Positions 9,831 to 23,300 of a DNA stretch of 64,000 nucleotides are shown here, piece by piece. Source of the stretch: Zygnema circumcarinatum SAG 698-1b (Eukaryota > Plantae > Zygnematophyceae); NCBI GenBank assembly GCA_037447605.1, contig CM074804.1, positions 5,929,909 through 5,993,908 of the forward strand, read 5' to 3'. A program made the position numbers and the translations under genes. A model generated the notes under the pieces. It was not told the DNA's origin. It did not search any database and worked only from the letters and a program-made list of their open reading frames with translations. The first letter of the stretch is position 1, and each line of letters begins with the position of its first letter.

Positions 9831-12800
9831 ATGAATAGTGCCGCTGTTCTCGTTGTTTTCATCATCATAACAATGTACCACTGTGCATGTTTTGGAATTT
9901 CGCCCCCTGGTGAGTCATAAGGATTACATGTAGGCAATGCAGTTAAAACGCAAGCAACGTGGTCAGCTATGAGTTATAGTGTAGTTCATCAATGCCTTCC
10001 AAGCATTTGCAGGCATTTGAAAGGACTTAATATCAGCCCACACAAATGCCTAAATCTCATTTTGGCAACAACAAAAATGATACGTACTGATAGGCTATAC
10101 GTGGGCAATGACTCAATTTACGTTACGACTCATTTGTTCGAGTAACAGAATAACTGATCAAGTTTGCAAGTATTCTAGAACTTGCTGATTTGCTTTACAA
10201 ACTCTTCCACTTTTAAGGAGCTAGTCTCTAGTCGGCAAAACGAGCTTTCTACTAATTGTCCGAACTGTTGGTAGTATGAAAATCGTACCAGTATGTCGAC
10301 AATGGCATTGTTTTGAAAGATGCAATGCAATTTTATTAAAGTGGATTATGCCCTTATCCGTTTGTGAAAGCTTCTGAGAGCGACTATCGCCATGACTGTG
10401 ACTAGTGGTACAAGTCATCCAAGGTGGTATGTGAAATTTCTGCATCGTCCCAAGGGAGACGAACTGAATGGAACTGCACTCATTTCTGAATTAGGAATGT
10501 CGAAAATATCCTGTTTAAGCTGATCATGCTGAACTCCCTTTGTCATTCACATGAGTCTGCGTAGTGCATATCGATTGACGGAGCTGAAACGGAATGGTCG
10601 TCCGCACGACGTATCACGAAGTGGTTTTATTTACGCAAAGGATTTTACCCGTGAATAGCTGTTTGGTTAACATTCTGGCAAACTCTGTATTACTGACCTG
10701 GATCTTCAAAACGCGGGCCTTAAACTTCTCTGCTCCAAGTCAATTGCAGAGGGAGAAATTGATTCATTTGCATGGAGTGAAATCTTTTGTCTAAGAGTGG
10801 GGTAGAATATGATCTGACGTAATGAAACGGATGAAACGGTCTCCGCTGCAAAAGGGCATAGTTTTTTAAAAAGCTACACGTTTTTTTCTTGCCATTCTTG
10901 CAGACGATGCCGCTTCCTTCGCGTTCAATCCTCTACTTGCTCCAGCCACCATCTCCAGCTTGCCTCGCCGTCTCCTTCAATCTGAATCAACCTCTTTACT
11001 CGCTGCCCCTCCACCGCCTTTTGATCTCGGTTGTCAAATCCTTGGACCCGCCTTTTGCTCATCGCCATCCCCTCCACCTCCTCCACCAACAGGATGTATC
11101 AGTTATGGCAGCGTGCAAGCGTGCACTTGCGGATCAGAATCAGGCATTCAGACATGTCTCGTGAGTGGCGTGCTCGGGCCGTGCAATTGTCCAACCACAA
11201 GTTTGTTCTCTCATCCTTCATTGAAAAGCCTTTTACGAAATCAGCATACAGGAATTTTTCAAGGCCCGAGACTGTTGCTTAGATTGCGAGGTCTTGTGTG
11301 AATTGCCAATCATTTTCATCTCTGCCCTCAAGGTTAATCTGGACACCAGAGGTTCATCAGGGATGCTAATTTCTTTTTTACCCATTTGCCTGAATGCTAG
11401 CTATGATCCCTCCTTTTTTTTTCGGCTTAAGCAGTTTGAACTGCCGGAAATCGTACAATCGTATGTGTTTCATGTCCTCCTCTATTTTTACCGAAAGGAT
11501 GCTCGATATCTTTGCCAGGTTTCGTAATCATTATGATCCCAATTCTGTTTCTAGAAGACAAAAGTAATGTACAGGTCGGGCCCTAGAGAAGGCGCATGGT
11601 ACGCTTAGTCGGTACATTATTGCTGTCATTTCCCATAGGCAGGCGAAGATCTCGCTATGTGCGTCAATTATAGGGAGATGATGACCTTGGCCTTGTCAGG
11701 CATTTCATATGAAAACAGTCGACTTTGACTTTTGTTATCACCTCTGGAAATACATTTTCCCAAGTGCGCTAAGTGAGTGCGGCAGGATTCTTGGTCATAT
11801 TGATCTTTTGAGCTAGCCTTTCCTAATAGCTTCTTCATGTAAAAGTCGCGTTCACAGCTGAAGATTATCCGCTTGAAACAGAGAAATGCATGAAATTCGA
11901 GTGGTGAGAAGATCGGAAATTTTGTGTTGTGCTTTCTTGGATGTGCTTTTTCTTCCCTCACCGCCGTCCAGCCGATTGTTAATAGTTGTCTCTTCCTCCA
12001 TGACCAGATTTCTCCCCTTCGGCCCCTGCCGTTCCTATCCTCCCTTCTTCACCTTCACCTTCCTCGGTTCCAAGTGTGCCATACCTCCCCTTGTCCTCCC
12101 CCTCCGCCCTCCCCTCCGAGCCGCCCCCCTGCAGTCCGGGCAGCGCCGTCAGCTGTTCCTGCAACTTCGAGTCCACCGCCGCAGTGCAGGACGGGGCTGG
12201 GACGCAGCCTTGCCTGGAAAATGGCACGCTTGGGCCCTGCAATTGCACGGGAGGTAAGGCAGACCCTCCTTGGACTCGTTGTGAAGACATTTGAGTCGTT
12301 TCGTTCAGCAATTTTTCTGAGTTGTTGGACCTTCTCAATCTGCTTACTCCTTCGATTGCCTTGTGCATTCATCTCATCCATTTTTTTCCACTTCATCTCT
12401 CCTTGAGTCTTGAGATCTTTCTCTATCTCTTCCACACATCTTATGCCCCCCCTTGTACTTGCTTTGCTGACGTCTTGCCGGTGTTTGTGTCCGTTCAGTC
12501 AGCTTGCCCTTCAACTTTCATTCTGACCCCTTGGAAAGTCCTTTTTGACCTCCTATCCCTCATTCACCCAATTTTGACAGCAAACAAGCGTTGGCTGCTG
12601 TGCAGGCTCCACCCCTCGACTGACTGAAAAGGATATTGCTATCACTATTGGCACCATTGGCGGTGCTGTCGGTCTCGCTGTTGTGGTGATGCTGGCAGGA
12701 GTGGCAGTGACTCATTGCAGGCATCGCGGGAGAGTGAAAGACGAGGAGCAAGCCCGGCTTAGGGTGAAGGAGACCGGCCGAGGTGAGGTATTTTCCCTTG

Positions 12801-15800
12801 CAATGTGGGTAGGAGCGGAATCATGGAAGCTAAATTATATAGATACAGATACAGGTGACTAAAAGACTCTGTATAGATTTGCTTGTTATCGAGAGACACT
12901 CCAAGACTGTTTTTCCAGCAACTGCCTTTTATTGCAACAGCTGATTTGGACAATTATTTATTTCAAATTCCAGTCAGCTAGAGTTTCATTCAGAACATTG
13001 CTGAAAAGTTGCTCCGGTTTGTATGCATGTTGGTAGCAGTAAACTTGCTCCTTCGCAGTATGAAGCCTTTTCCACTGCTGCAGCTGTATTGCAGGAATTG
13101 TATTGGTCTCATCTTTGCTTTATCTCAAGCAACTCAGAAAAAGCTCCATTCTCCCCTTTTAGAGTACTGGATAAGAAGAAGCACCCATGAGCAGTTGGTT
13201 GTCTCACAATGTGCAGCCTTATCAGGGGCCCCCGTTTTCGAAAACTCTTCACGAGTTGAAGGAGCGGGCCCTTCCGTTCGTCCCCCGACATCGTCTCGCC
13301 CTCGCAATGCAGGCGAGGGAGATGCCCCCTCCACTGGAGAATTCGAGGACAATGGGTTGCCCCTTAATGTGCCAGAAAGGAGGACGAGGGGTCCATCGAC
13401 TCCTCCGCTTCTCCCTCTTCCTTTGTCGTCTCCATTGGCATCGGCATCGGCATTGAGAGCTGCTCCGGATTCTGTTCCCAGTTCTGCATTCCAAAGGGGA
13501 GCGGTAGCTGCCCCGCCCGCAAGAGATGCTTCTGCAACATCGGCCGTTCGGGAGGGTGTGATCCACATAGATGAGGGGGAGGCAACAGATAACAAAGTGG
13601 GCGAATTCTCGACACAGAGCGAGGAGTTAAATGCAAGGTATGTTCCATTCTGCAGCGCCTTGTCCACACACGTATGCATACAAAACCATAATGAAGAAAG
13701 AGACTTAGAAAGAGGCCCCTGATTTGAGTTAGTTATGGGCGAGTCTATGACGTGATCGGGGTTTGTGCTATCTGTAATATGACAGCCAATTTGGAAATTT
13801 TCTTACATGATATTTACAGAGTAGGCAGCGTTAGAAGAAGCAGTGGAGCGGATGAGGCGTACATTGAACAATTTCCGTCAGGAAAAGTCGCACTGGTGGA
13901 GAGAATCGCCAAAGACCCAGAGGTACAGTATTGAATATGTTGGGACCGCTCAAATTGGTGTTCTAAGGAATACGAGTGAAATATAACTTTTCGAAAATTA
14001 AAAGAGCACCAATTTATTGGATCTGCAGTAGTAGTTAGCTCAGAAATTTCAGGGTCAATGCCATTGGAAAATATAACAAAGGCAGGCAAAAAGAGGACCT
14101 GCTTTAGCGTTGTCGTTTTTGCTACGATACCGTCGTTTGGTCAGTCAATCAGAAGAAGGTGAAGTGGCTGTCTCACTCTTGAAGTAGTCAGTCGAGATTA
14201 CAGAAGGAACCCGAATTAAAGGGTTGTACTGAACCTGACGGGACCTTTTTTTGACGCGCAGATGAGTCAGGAGGTCTCCTCTGCAAAGTTGGACAGAATT
14301 GGGCAATTAAGACATCGGCACATTGTCGACCTTTTGGCTTATCGCTACGATCCAACACACCCCCAGCTGGCAACTCTCCACATGCCTCTTGGCAACCTCG
14401 AGCACAAACTTCAAGGTGGTTTCCTTCTCCGACTCGAACAATAGCAATTGCAGAATAGCTCGGACAGTAACCTGAATGGTTGAGAATAGGTCTGACGGAT
14501 TGGCTTGCGCTCACTAGCAGGGACTGACCCTATAATTTCTTTTTTGAGATCAGCAAGTGTGCCTATTCATTGCTGTCTGATCGCTTTTAGGTTCCTCGAA
14601 GACACTATCTTTGACAGCCATCCTCAGTTGCCCACATCTTGTTACATTCGCAGTGAGAGATGAGCAGGGGCGGTCTCTTTTCTCGTGGGGAAAACGCATT
14701 GTTGCACTCCTTGAGGCGGCGAGAGGGCTCGCCTTTGCGCATTCGCGCAAGCCTCCGACCGTCCATGGCCATCTGAGGACGCGATACATTCAGTTTGGCA
14801 GCGACTGGGAAGCGAGAATCGGATACTTTGCGGCTGCACAGCTATGGGCCCCTGAGAGTTCAAAGACAGCTGGATATGGGTGAGTTCACTGAGTCAATAG
14901 GTTATGGTGGATGGAGATACGAGAATTGCAGCGAATGGACCACAAAATCCTAAAAATGTACAGTCAGATGAAACTTCAGCTCTCAAGTCTTTCTCGGCTC
15001 AGATGAACCAATGTAAGCCATCAAACTGTCACAGGACACTATTCAGAATTTCAGCCAAAATAGTGTGACAGTCAGTGTAAATGGGTTCGTATGCCTGCTA
15101 TGATAATTGCTGGATGTCCTCGCAATTTTGAAATCGTGGTCCCATCCCAGAGCACAAGCATCACATGCCGTCATCAAATTCCTTCGAAGTCGGCCTCTAA
15201 CATGCGTGAATTTTCAGTCAGTACGGCTTAAACTATTATTCACATTCAGATGTGAGTGACTGGTTTCTTGGGGCGTAGGATCATGAGTTTTGGCTAAGTA
15301 TAGCCGATCTTTATTCGTGTGGTGTAGGTACACGGCTCCTGAGGTGCTCAATGGAGGAAAGGCCACAACCGAATCGGATGTATATAGCTTTGGAGTTGTC
15401 ATGCTGGAAGTTATCTCAGGGATGAAGCCACTTGACCCAAATCGACCTCCGGACTTGCATAATCTCGTCGCTTGGGTGAGTTCAAGTTTGAGCCTCTTTT
15501 CTTAAAAGAAAGCACACAAATCACAAGATGATGTGCCGTGGGTCATCTCTCTCGATGCTGCTGAAGTCACGATTTCATCAATCCAAAATCTGAAACTTGG
15601 AACCCCTGTAGGAGTCAAGAAGGGGTCTTGCAGTAGTGCGTCATCCTGCAGATGACTATTAGTGTTAAAAAGCGTTTTCACGCAGCAGATGAGCATTGTC
15701 CCTCATTGGGTGCTGGACAATACGAGTGCCCATTTGGAACTGCATCTGCCCACCAAGTGTGACAGTAGTTTCTTAGATGCAGTGAAAGCCCATGGACGCA

Positions 15801-17701
15801 AGCCGACTCAATTTTTACAGGAAAAACGCAGACAATACTGCAAAAAATGGCTCATCCTTGCCAATCGTCCACGCTTGCCATCGCCCATTGCCATCCTTGC
15901 CACTCTTGCATTGCCCCTGCTGCTCCTGGAATGCCTTGGCAGATGCATTCCATTGTTCTTGCTCTGATGCTTGCTGTAAGTCTTGCTGGGTACTTGCTGG
16001 GTCATTTCTTGCTGTTATGCTTCACATTGTCTGCTTTGAAGCCTGAACCAGGTCTATACCTCACTTCTTCCTACAGGCTCGCCCATATCTCAAAAGCAAA
16101 GCTTCCCTGCCGTTCCTCGTGGATCCCGCCCTCGGCTGCAACTTCTCCCGCATGGCTCTCTTCGAGTGAGTCTCAGCCAGCATGCCAGGCTTCATATGAA
16201 AATAGGCTAATATGATAATAGCCATAATGATAATAATGATATAATGATGATATGATAATGGCTTGAGCTTGTTTTGGTCCCTGCGTATGTAGTACTAGAG
16301 TATGTTTAGGATCCTTAATGGCTGTCTTGGAAATTGTTAGAACAACATTGTTTGATCTGAACAATTAACACAGTGGAGATGGGTATTCGGGGGAGGGCTC
16401 CTTAGGCTTGGGCCTTTGCTTGCTCAATGTCTCCACGAGGACCCTTGTCAAAGGTGCAGCATGTCGCACGTTTTGGAGGTTCTTGTTGCCGTTCAGTCGA
16501 TGGCAGTGACAGAGGAGCTCGACCGGGGATCTAATGTTCACGAGGAGAGGAAGGCTGAGTGTGAAGTACAGCAGACTACATTAGACGGCAAGGTCGGTAC
16601 GGTTGATCGCCTAATCTTATTTCCTAGAACGATGTGCTTGTTGCTTCCTCACATTCTACAGAAGGAAAGGTGGAGGATGCCTGGGGTCAAGCATCGTTGA
16701 CAACAGATGTTTAAAGGGGCACCTCGTTTCTGTGGTGATTGCATTGCAGGCTAAAGAGCAGGCAGCGGAGGATACAACAGCTTCGAGGCCCGACCATACA
16801 ACCTCAAATCCCACCGCTGCTTTGCCGTCTGTTGCACATATTGTGGCAGTGAAACTGAAGGAAAGTGCTGGCAGGGACGTCCACGAGGATAGATCGACAT
16901 CGGCTGACTCTCAAGAGATAAGAAAGAAACAATTGGAAAGCAGCAACAGAAGAACTACAACTAACTCTACGAATTCCACCGCAGCTAAAGCGCCCGTGTC
17001 CCCGAAATTAATAGGGGATGCAGAGAAGCTCAGCAGAAAGCATCCAATCAAGTACCAAAAGGTGAAGTTTCGAGCCTGTGACCGTTGGCAGCAAACTCTT
17101 TAGGCCGTATGTTCCTTTCCTCGTTCTGGGGAGTGTCCCTTTGATGTTGAACCTCTTCTCCTATGCTCACAATTGAATTTGTGTAACATTTGACAAGATC
17201 CAAGGTGCAGTCAGTGACAGTATAGAGTGCAGATTTGCACTATGACATCAGCAATCAAAATCGTCAAATCTAGACCTACTTTAAGTCCAACCTTTGACAT
17301 GCACCATGCCTCTGTCTTGTTTTCAGAACCCTCCGAAGTTATGAAGAATTTGAAACTTCGACTTGCTCACCTGCGTTTCTGATTTTGTGTTTCTGCAAAC
17401 CACTGAACAGGCGGCAGAGCAAGAAGTAGAGCCTCTTTCGTTAAACCCCAACCGGCTGAATAGCACCACCGTCAAGTCCCCGAAGCTAGTGTCTAATCCC
17501 CTTTTTTCTCAGCATCAAGATTTGAGGGCGGATGCTCGGGACCTTCCTCGACGAGTGCCAGAGCTCGCCAGCAAAAGACAGTCCCGTGTGGTCCTTGGGA
17601 ACTTGTCTACATCAAGTGGGAAGAAGCAGGAGGCTCTTGGCGCGAGAGATTCATACATTTCGTGGAGGGCTGGCATTGACTTTTACGAATACCCAGACTG
17701 A
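9831..17701 (+). CDS. Receptor-like (RLK/Pelle) pseudokinase: signal peptide, Pro-rich ectodomain with two Cys-rich modules, TM helix, degenerate kinase domain, low-complexity tail
   Basis: Exons 9831-9909 (MNSAAVLVVFIIITMYHCACFG), 10904-11200, 12008-12253, 12606-12782 (TM IAITIGTIGGAVGLAVVVMLAGVAV), 13217-13637, 13820-13922, 14262-14415, 14654-14879, 15328-15475 (YTAPE..SDVYSFGVVMLEVISG), 16077-16165 (ARPYL..LVDPAL), then approximately 16370-16590, 16750-17060 and 17420-17701. Splice phases are consistent through 16165; the last three exon boundaries are approximate. Confidence 0.85.
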
Positions 17702-18952
17702 GGCAGCTTGTCGAGCAATATAGCCTATACATAGTAGGATTCCTTGCAGACCAGCTTTGCGCTTTTGTGGTACAGGACTAGAGCTTAAGCATTCATTTCG
17801 AGTGCATCAGGCGGCACATTGACTCGTGAACTGAGCTGCTTAGAAAAAATATGTGATAGACGCCGATACGTTTTTTGTATTGTAGACAGCACATAGCGGG
17901 CTAGGCAGAGGTTTCTGCTGCTTCCAGCACCTTCTGTTCTATGGCACTTGGCATACACCAAAGACTTCAGGAGTTGACGGCAGGGATGCTTCGAGTGTTC
18001 TCGACTGCCATGCTTTCGCAACTCGTGTTTAATAAGTGAAACCAACGTCTCTCTTCATTTCACAGCCCAACAGATGAAATTATTCCAAAACCCGAACTCC
18101 ACAGGTTTAAGGGGCAGTCAGTACACATGAAGAAAATAGAGAGCATCGGCAGAGAAAACACTGTCCTACACTATCAAGTCCCGCATTTGCAGTAAACCGA
18201 CAGAAAACGATCCTAAAATTAACCTTGTACGCAGTCCAAGGTGTAGGCGAGCATCCTCCTGCAGCTATTGCTTAGTCAAACACTTCTACCCAGTCGCTGT
18301 CAAGAGAGACGCAATGCCATCTGATCTTCAGCTCACTAAAAAGTGCACCAAAAAGCAGTCACATAACTGAAGCCTGCTGGCGCTACTAGTCGGACACCCT
18401 AAATTGAGAGTACCTAATATCTCATCTGCTAGCCGCACACTGCTTCGAGCTATTCAAGTTGAAACCCTGAATTATATTTCACTCCTAGTCCAAACATTGA
18501 TGCTTCCTTCGATTTCTGAGAAGTGCTGTCCAGGCAGCGCGCCTGCAGTCTCAGAACTACATACTGAATTCAATTTGAAGTAGCTGTCTCAGAACTTTAG
18601 AAGTAGAGGATATGAAAAGGAAAAGAAGAAAAGTTCACCGTACAACATGCAAATAGACATTCCGCCAAAATACTGTCAGCTAGCAAAAACAGAGGTCCTG
18701 AGTGGCAACCCCGCGTGCTGAATACATCAAGCATCAACAGCAAAAAAAATAGAAAAATGCAATGCTAGCACCAAAGTGAGCAATTAACACAGGGCCGTCT
18801 GCAAATTTCAAGCTGCCATCATCGAACATTTTTGTCTGAATTCATTCCCAACAGCGAAGCGTACAAAAGCGGGTGTCTATTAAGAAAGCCAGAACACCAA
18901 GGTGGGGTGCTCCCTAACGCTATCTCAACAGAATCCGTTGTTCAAACTTCTA

Positions 18953-19588
<636 letters not shown>

Positions 19589-19983
19589 GGCTGCCAACCC
19601 TACGAGGCAGCCGCCCTCCGCGGCTGGCACTCCGCTCCGGACTTGTCCCTCTTTGCGGAGCGCTCCTGCGCGGAGCGAAGCAGAGAGAGCCTCTGCGGCA
19701 GCCCGGCGCGCTCTTTATACGCCTCCGAAAAGGGTTCAAGCCCAGGATTCCATGCCCCAGTTGCGGCGTAGTCTCTGTTAGCGGTAACGCGAGGGTCAAC
19801 ATTCCCTAGTGTCGATCCTTGCGAAATTCGACGTGCAAATTTAGAAACTAGAAACGATAACAGGAACATGGAACGGATTCATGGAGACAGCGTCGAAGCA
19901 CAGCACACTTATCGTCGCCTCTGCCTGTCCAACTGCTTCCTCCGGCACGAGTGCCAACATAGAACCGCATAACTCTGTTCCAT

Positions 19984-20254
19984 GTCCGTACAGTCCCTGC
20001 TGAACGGCGCGCATAGAATACTGTACAGTACAGTACGCGCAGCAGTGTTACCCACTGTACGGACGTGGTCTCGAAACCTAAAATCGTCGGCCCGGAGGGC
20101 CGCGCTGCCTTGAGACCTTACCGGCTTTATTTTGGAACGCGCGGCCCCGCCCGCCCGCCCGCCCGGCCTTCCCTTCGCGCGCCGTACAGTTCGGTACAAG
20201 GCCCTACGGCATCGGCCAACCGGCAGGGCCGCGCCGCGAAGTCCGCGTACGGAC
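19984..20254. promoter_or_regulatory. Divergent RPS27A/ACBP4 promoter with a GTCCGTAC cluster
   Basis: GC-rich island between two divergent ATGs, with three GTCCGTAC/GTACGGAC copies (19984, 20057, 20247) and a TACTGTACAGTA palindrome. Confidence 0.55.
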
Positions 20255-20371
20255 TGACGGACGGACGCACGGACGGATGCACAAAACGGTCGGCGGACGC
20301 CTCCGCGGCAGCGTGCAGCACGCCAACCGCTCGTCCTCTCCTACGCCGGCTCTTGCTCGGGCCCTGCGGCC

Positions 20372-23300
20372 ATGGCGCCTGCAGCAGGGAACTCGGCGCC
20401 TCTGCCGCCCTACCCCGACCGCTTCTACGCTGCAGCACAATACGCTGCTGTACCGGGGACGTTGGAGATTGATCCGGAGGCGGAGCACCCCCCCAAGCCT
20501 TTCTCTGATCTCACGAGTCTTCTGCTCTATTCTCTTTATCAGCAGGTTAGGAGCCGGATTGGACGGTTTGACTGGACGAGGTTTTTTTTTTGCATTTTAA
20601 TGTAGGAGCAGCTAGAAAAGGAATGCAGGTTACATTTTTGAAGTTCAGAAGCCGTCGAAGAGTTGTCATTTGCTGTTTTACAATTGTGAGGAATACTGGA
20701 GGAGTATCAGAGATATTTTTTTTGGTAGCTCGGGAAATTCAATGATCGCCCAGCTGAGAGATTCTTCCTTGCATTTCCTCGTTCTCACATTTCGAATGCC
20801 ATTGCGGTTTATTTTGGAAACAAACTTCCGGATACTGCAACTTACTTTTCGCGTATAATGTAGCTTTAACGCCGCTTTGATTCCTTATGAATGCTGATCT
20901 GTTGAATGCTTATTTGCTTGTCGAACCAGGCGTCGTATGGGCCATGCACTACACAAAAGCCATGGTTTCTGAATGTGGTGGAGAGTGCGAAGTGGGCAAG
21001 GTAGGGAACTGATCATTTCAGTCCAATCTGAGGACTTGCTTTTAGTGCTGTATGTTCACAGGTCAAGCTAACAGTCGCCTAAAGCTCGTGTTGAAAACGT
21101 TTACGGCATTGCAGTTTATTAGTACGGTGCTTAAATTCAATCGCAAGTGCTTTCGATCGGACTCCTATGCCTTTGATATTTTCGTTTTCGAGCATACATC
21201 GCACATAATTTGGAGTTATCATGTTCGTTTGATGCAGTTGGAAGGAACTCGGGAACATGGCTCCCGTTGAAGCCATGAGGCTCTTTGTTCGTACTCTGGA
21301 GGTTTGGACTTCTTGTTAAGCTTTTTTTTTCTGATCAGCAAAAGCCTACTGCATGCTCTAAACTTGTTTTGCCTTATTCTTTACTCGATCCACTGTTTTG
21401 ATTGATCGTTCAAGGTCCTCTGGTATTTTCTGTGTCAGACTCAGTTTATTGAAAGTAAGACATGCATTTGCTGATGCAGGAAGAAGATCCGGAATGGTGG
21501 GTGAAAGCCCAGTCAAAACCAAGGTCTGCAGGCATGGTAAGTGAAAGGCGGGCTTATTAAATGAACACAGCACAGTGCTATAAATATTTTGGGGCTCATT
21601 AACGAGTTACGCTGGCTTATGAAATGGACTTTTGTGTGCCTGAGTGTTTCTGGGTTTTGACTGCTTCCTTGAAACAGGCTGGAGCTAATGGCAATCTAGA
21701 AGAATATGATGACGGTGCTCCTCTATCACCCGAGCTACCTTTCCTTCCCTGCAATCAATGGCAACTACTTGAGGTTAAAGGGCGCAAACCAGCTGCACGG
21801 TATCAGGTGATTGTCGCACCTGCAATCTCTCTCTGAGATTCATCTAGTCCTTGTCTCGATTACCCACGCACACGCAAGTGCAATAGTTTGAGATTTTCCG
21901 TAGTGTTGCAATAACTTGAAAAGATCGGAGGGAAGACGCACGTAGGCCACATTCGACTAAGTGCATTGAAACTTTGGCAAGGTTTTCAACTGGGGACACA
22001 GAAGTGACTTTCGGTGGTATCCAGTTTTGTGCAGCACGTTTCAGTAATTATGTCGAAGAGGATATTTTTTATCGGTGGAAACGGAAATGGTCGCTTCTTG
22101 AACGACATACATGTGAGTTATCGTGCACTTTTACATGTAGTCAACTTACCATTCTGCCATGGTTTAAGTTCGTAAATATCCATTCACAAGATGCCGCAAA
22201 GTGAAGTTGTACATCCGAACTTACTCTGTTTCTCAAACGTTTTCAACGATTCATGTCATTGCCCCCTTTTTATTATATGATCATCAGTAGCGTAAAAGGG
22301 ATCATGTAAGCAAGCAAGAGGGAACTAAAGCCTTAAGACATGAAGTCGTTAACCCGCCAATCACGGTCCTGATCCTGCGGTCGGGATTCTAGCTGGTTCT
22401 TCATTGCAGAGAGAGTTGTGTGGGCTTGATGCTCGAAACGACAGTGTCTGTGTTTTATCTTTCTTCACAAGATAGGGCTTGGGAAAATACAAGTCAAACC
22501 AATTGGTTTACGAAGGACTTTCAATCACCGTTTTTCATTTTTTTCCAATTGTATGAATATGTGATTCAAAAACGCAGGTTTTGGATTTGACCAATCTCAC
22601 ATGGTCGAAGCTGGAGACACCTTCACCTGTAGTGTTTCCACCCTGTGCGGGTCACAGAGGGGTACGCAAAGAAAAAAAAACGCATTTGCTCCCCTAATCA
22701 TTTTCCATGAAGTAATGTTTATTGTCAAAGACGTAGTCGCTAAATACTGAACTACGAGGAGCTGTCTCACGCCATAGTTCTCTGTGCAACAGGAGAAAAC
22801 CGTTGTTCCTTTCCTTTGATCGACCAAATGACAGTTACCTCTTTGAACGTTGAGCGCAGCAAAAATGTGATGTCCATTTTAAGTCCTTCCAGATTTTTGC
22901 GACGAAAACATTTAGCGAGCGCATGAGCAGTCGATTGAATGTATTTATACGGTGGTTTGTGATCTGCAGGTCCAAATGGACCACAGAACTCTCTTGGTGA
23001 TTGGAGGCCATTCGCATGAAGCCGCAGAGAGGGTGACTGGTCTGTTTCTCTATGGTCCATCAGCTATGCATTTTTGGTGACTCTTTTACTACACGTGCAA
23101 GCAGGAATTCAGTGCTGCGTAGCGATAGATTTCAATTTCAACGATTTCGTTCACATCCTTTCAGATAGGTCGATAACTTTGTTCACAATGTTGAATGAGC
23201 TTCATTTTCAATATTGAGCATCGCCTAATTCAAAGCAATTATTTTTGGTAATGCAGTGCGTGCTTTCAACATCTTTACACGGCAGTGGTCCCTCATCAAG

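Noticed and set aside
10822-10903. Alternative unspliced start MKRMKRSP...FFLAILA for the RLK
   Set aside because: In-frame TAA at 10867; the stretch reads better as an intron polypyrimidine tract and acceptor.
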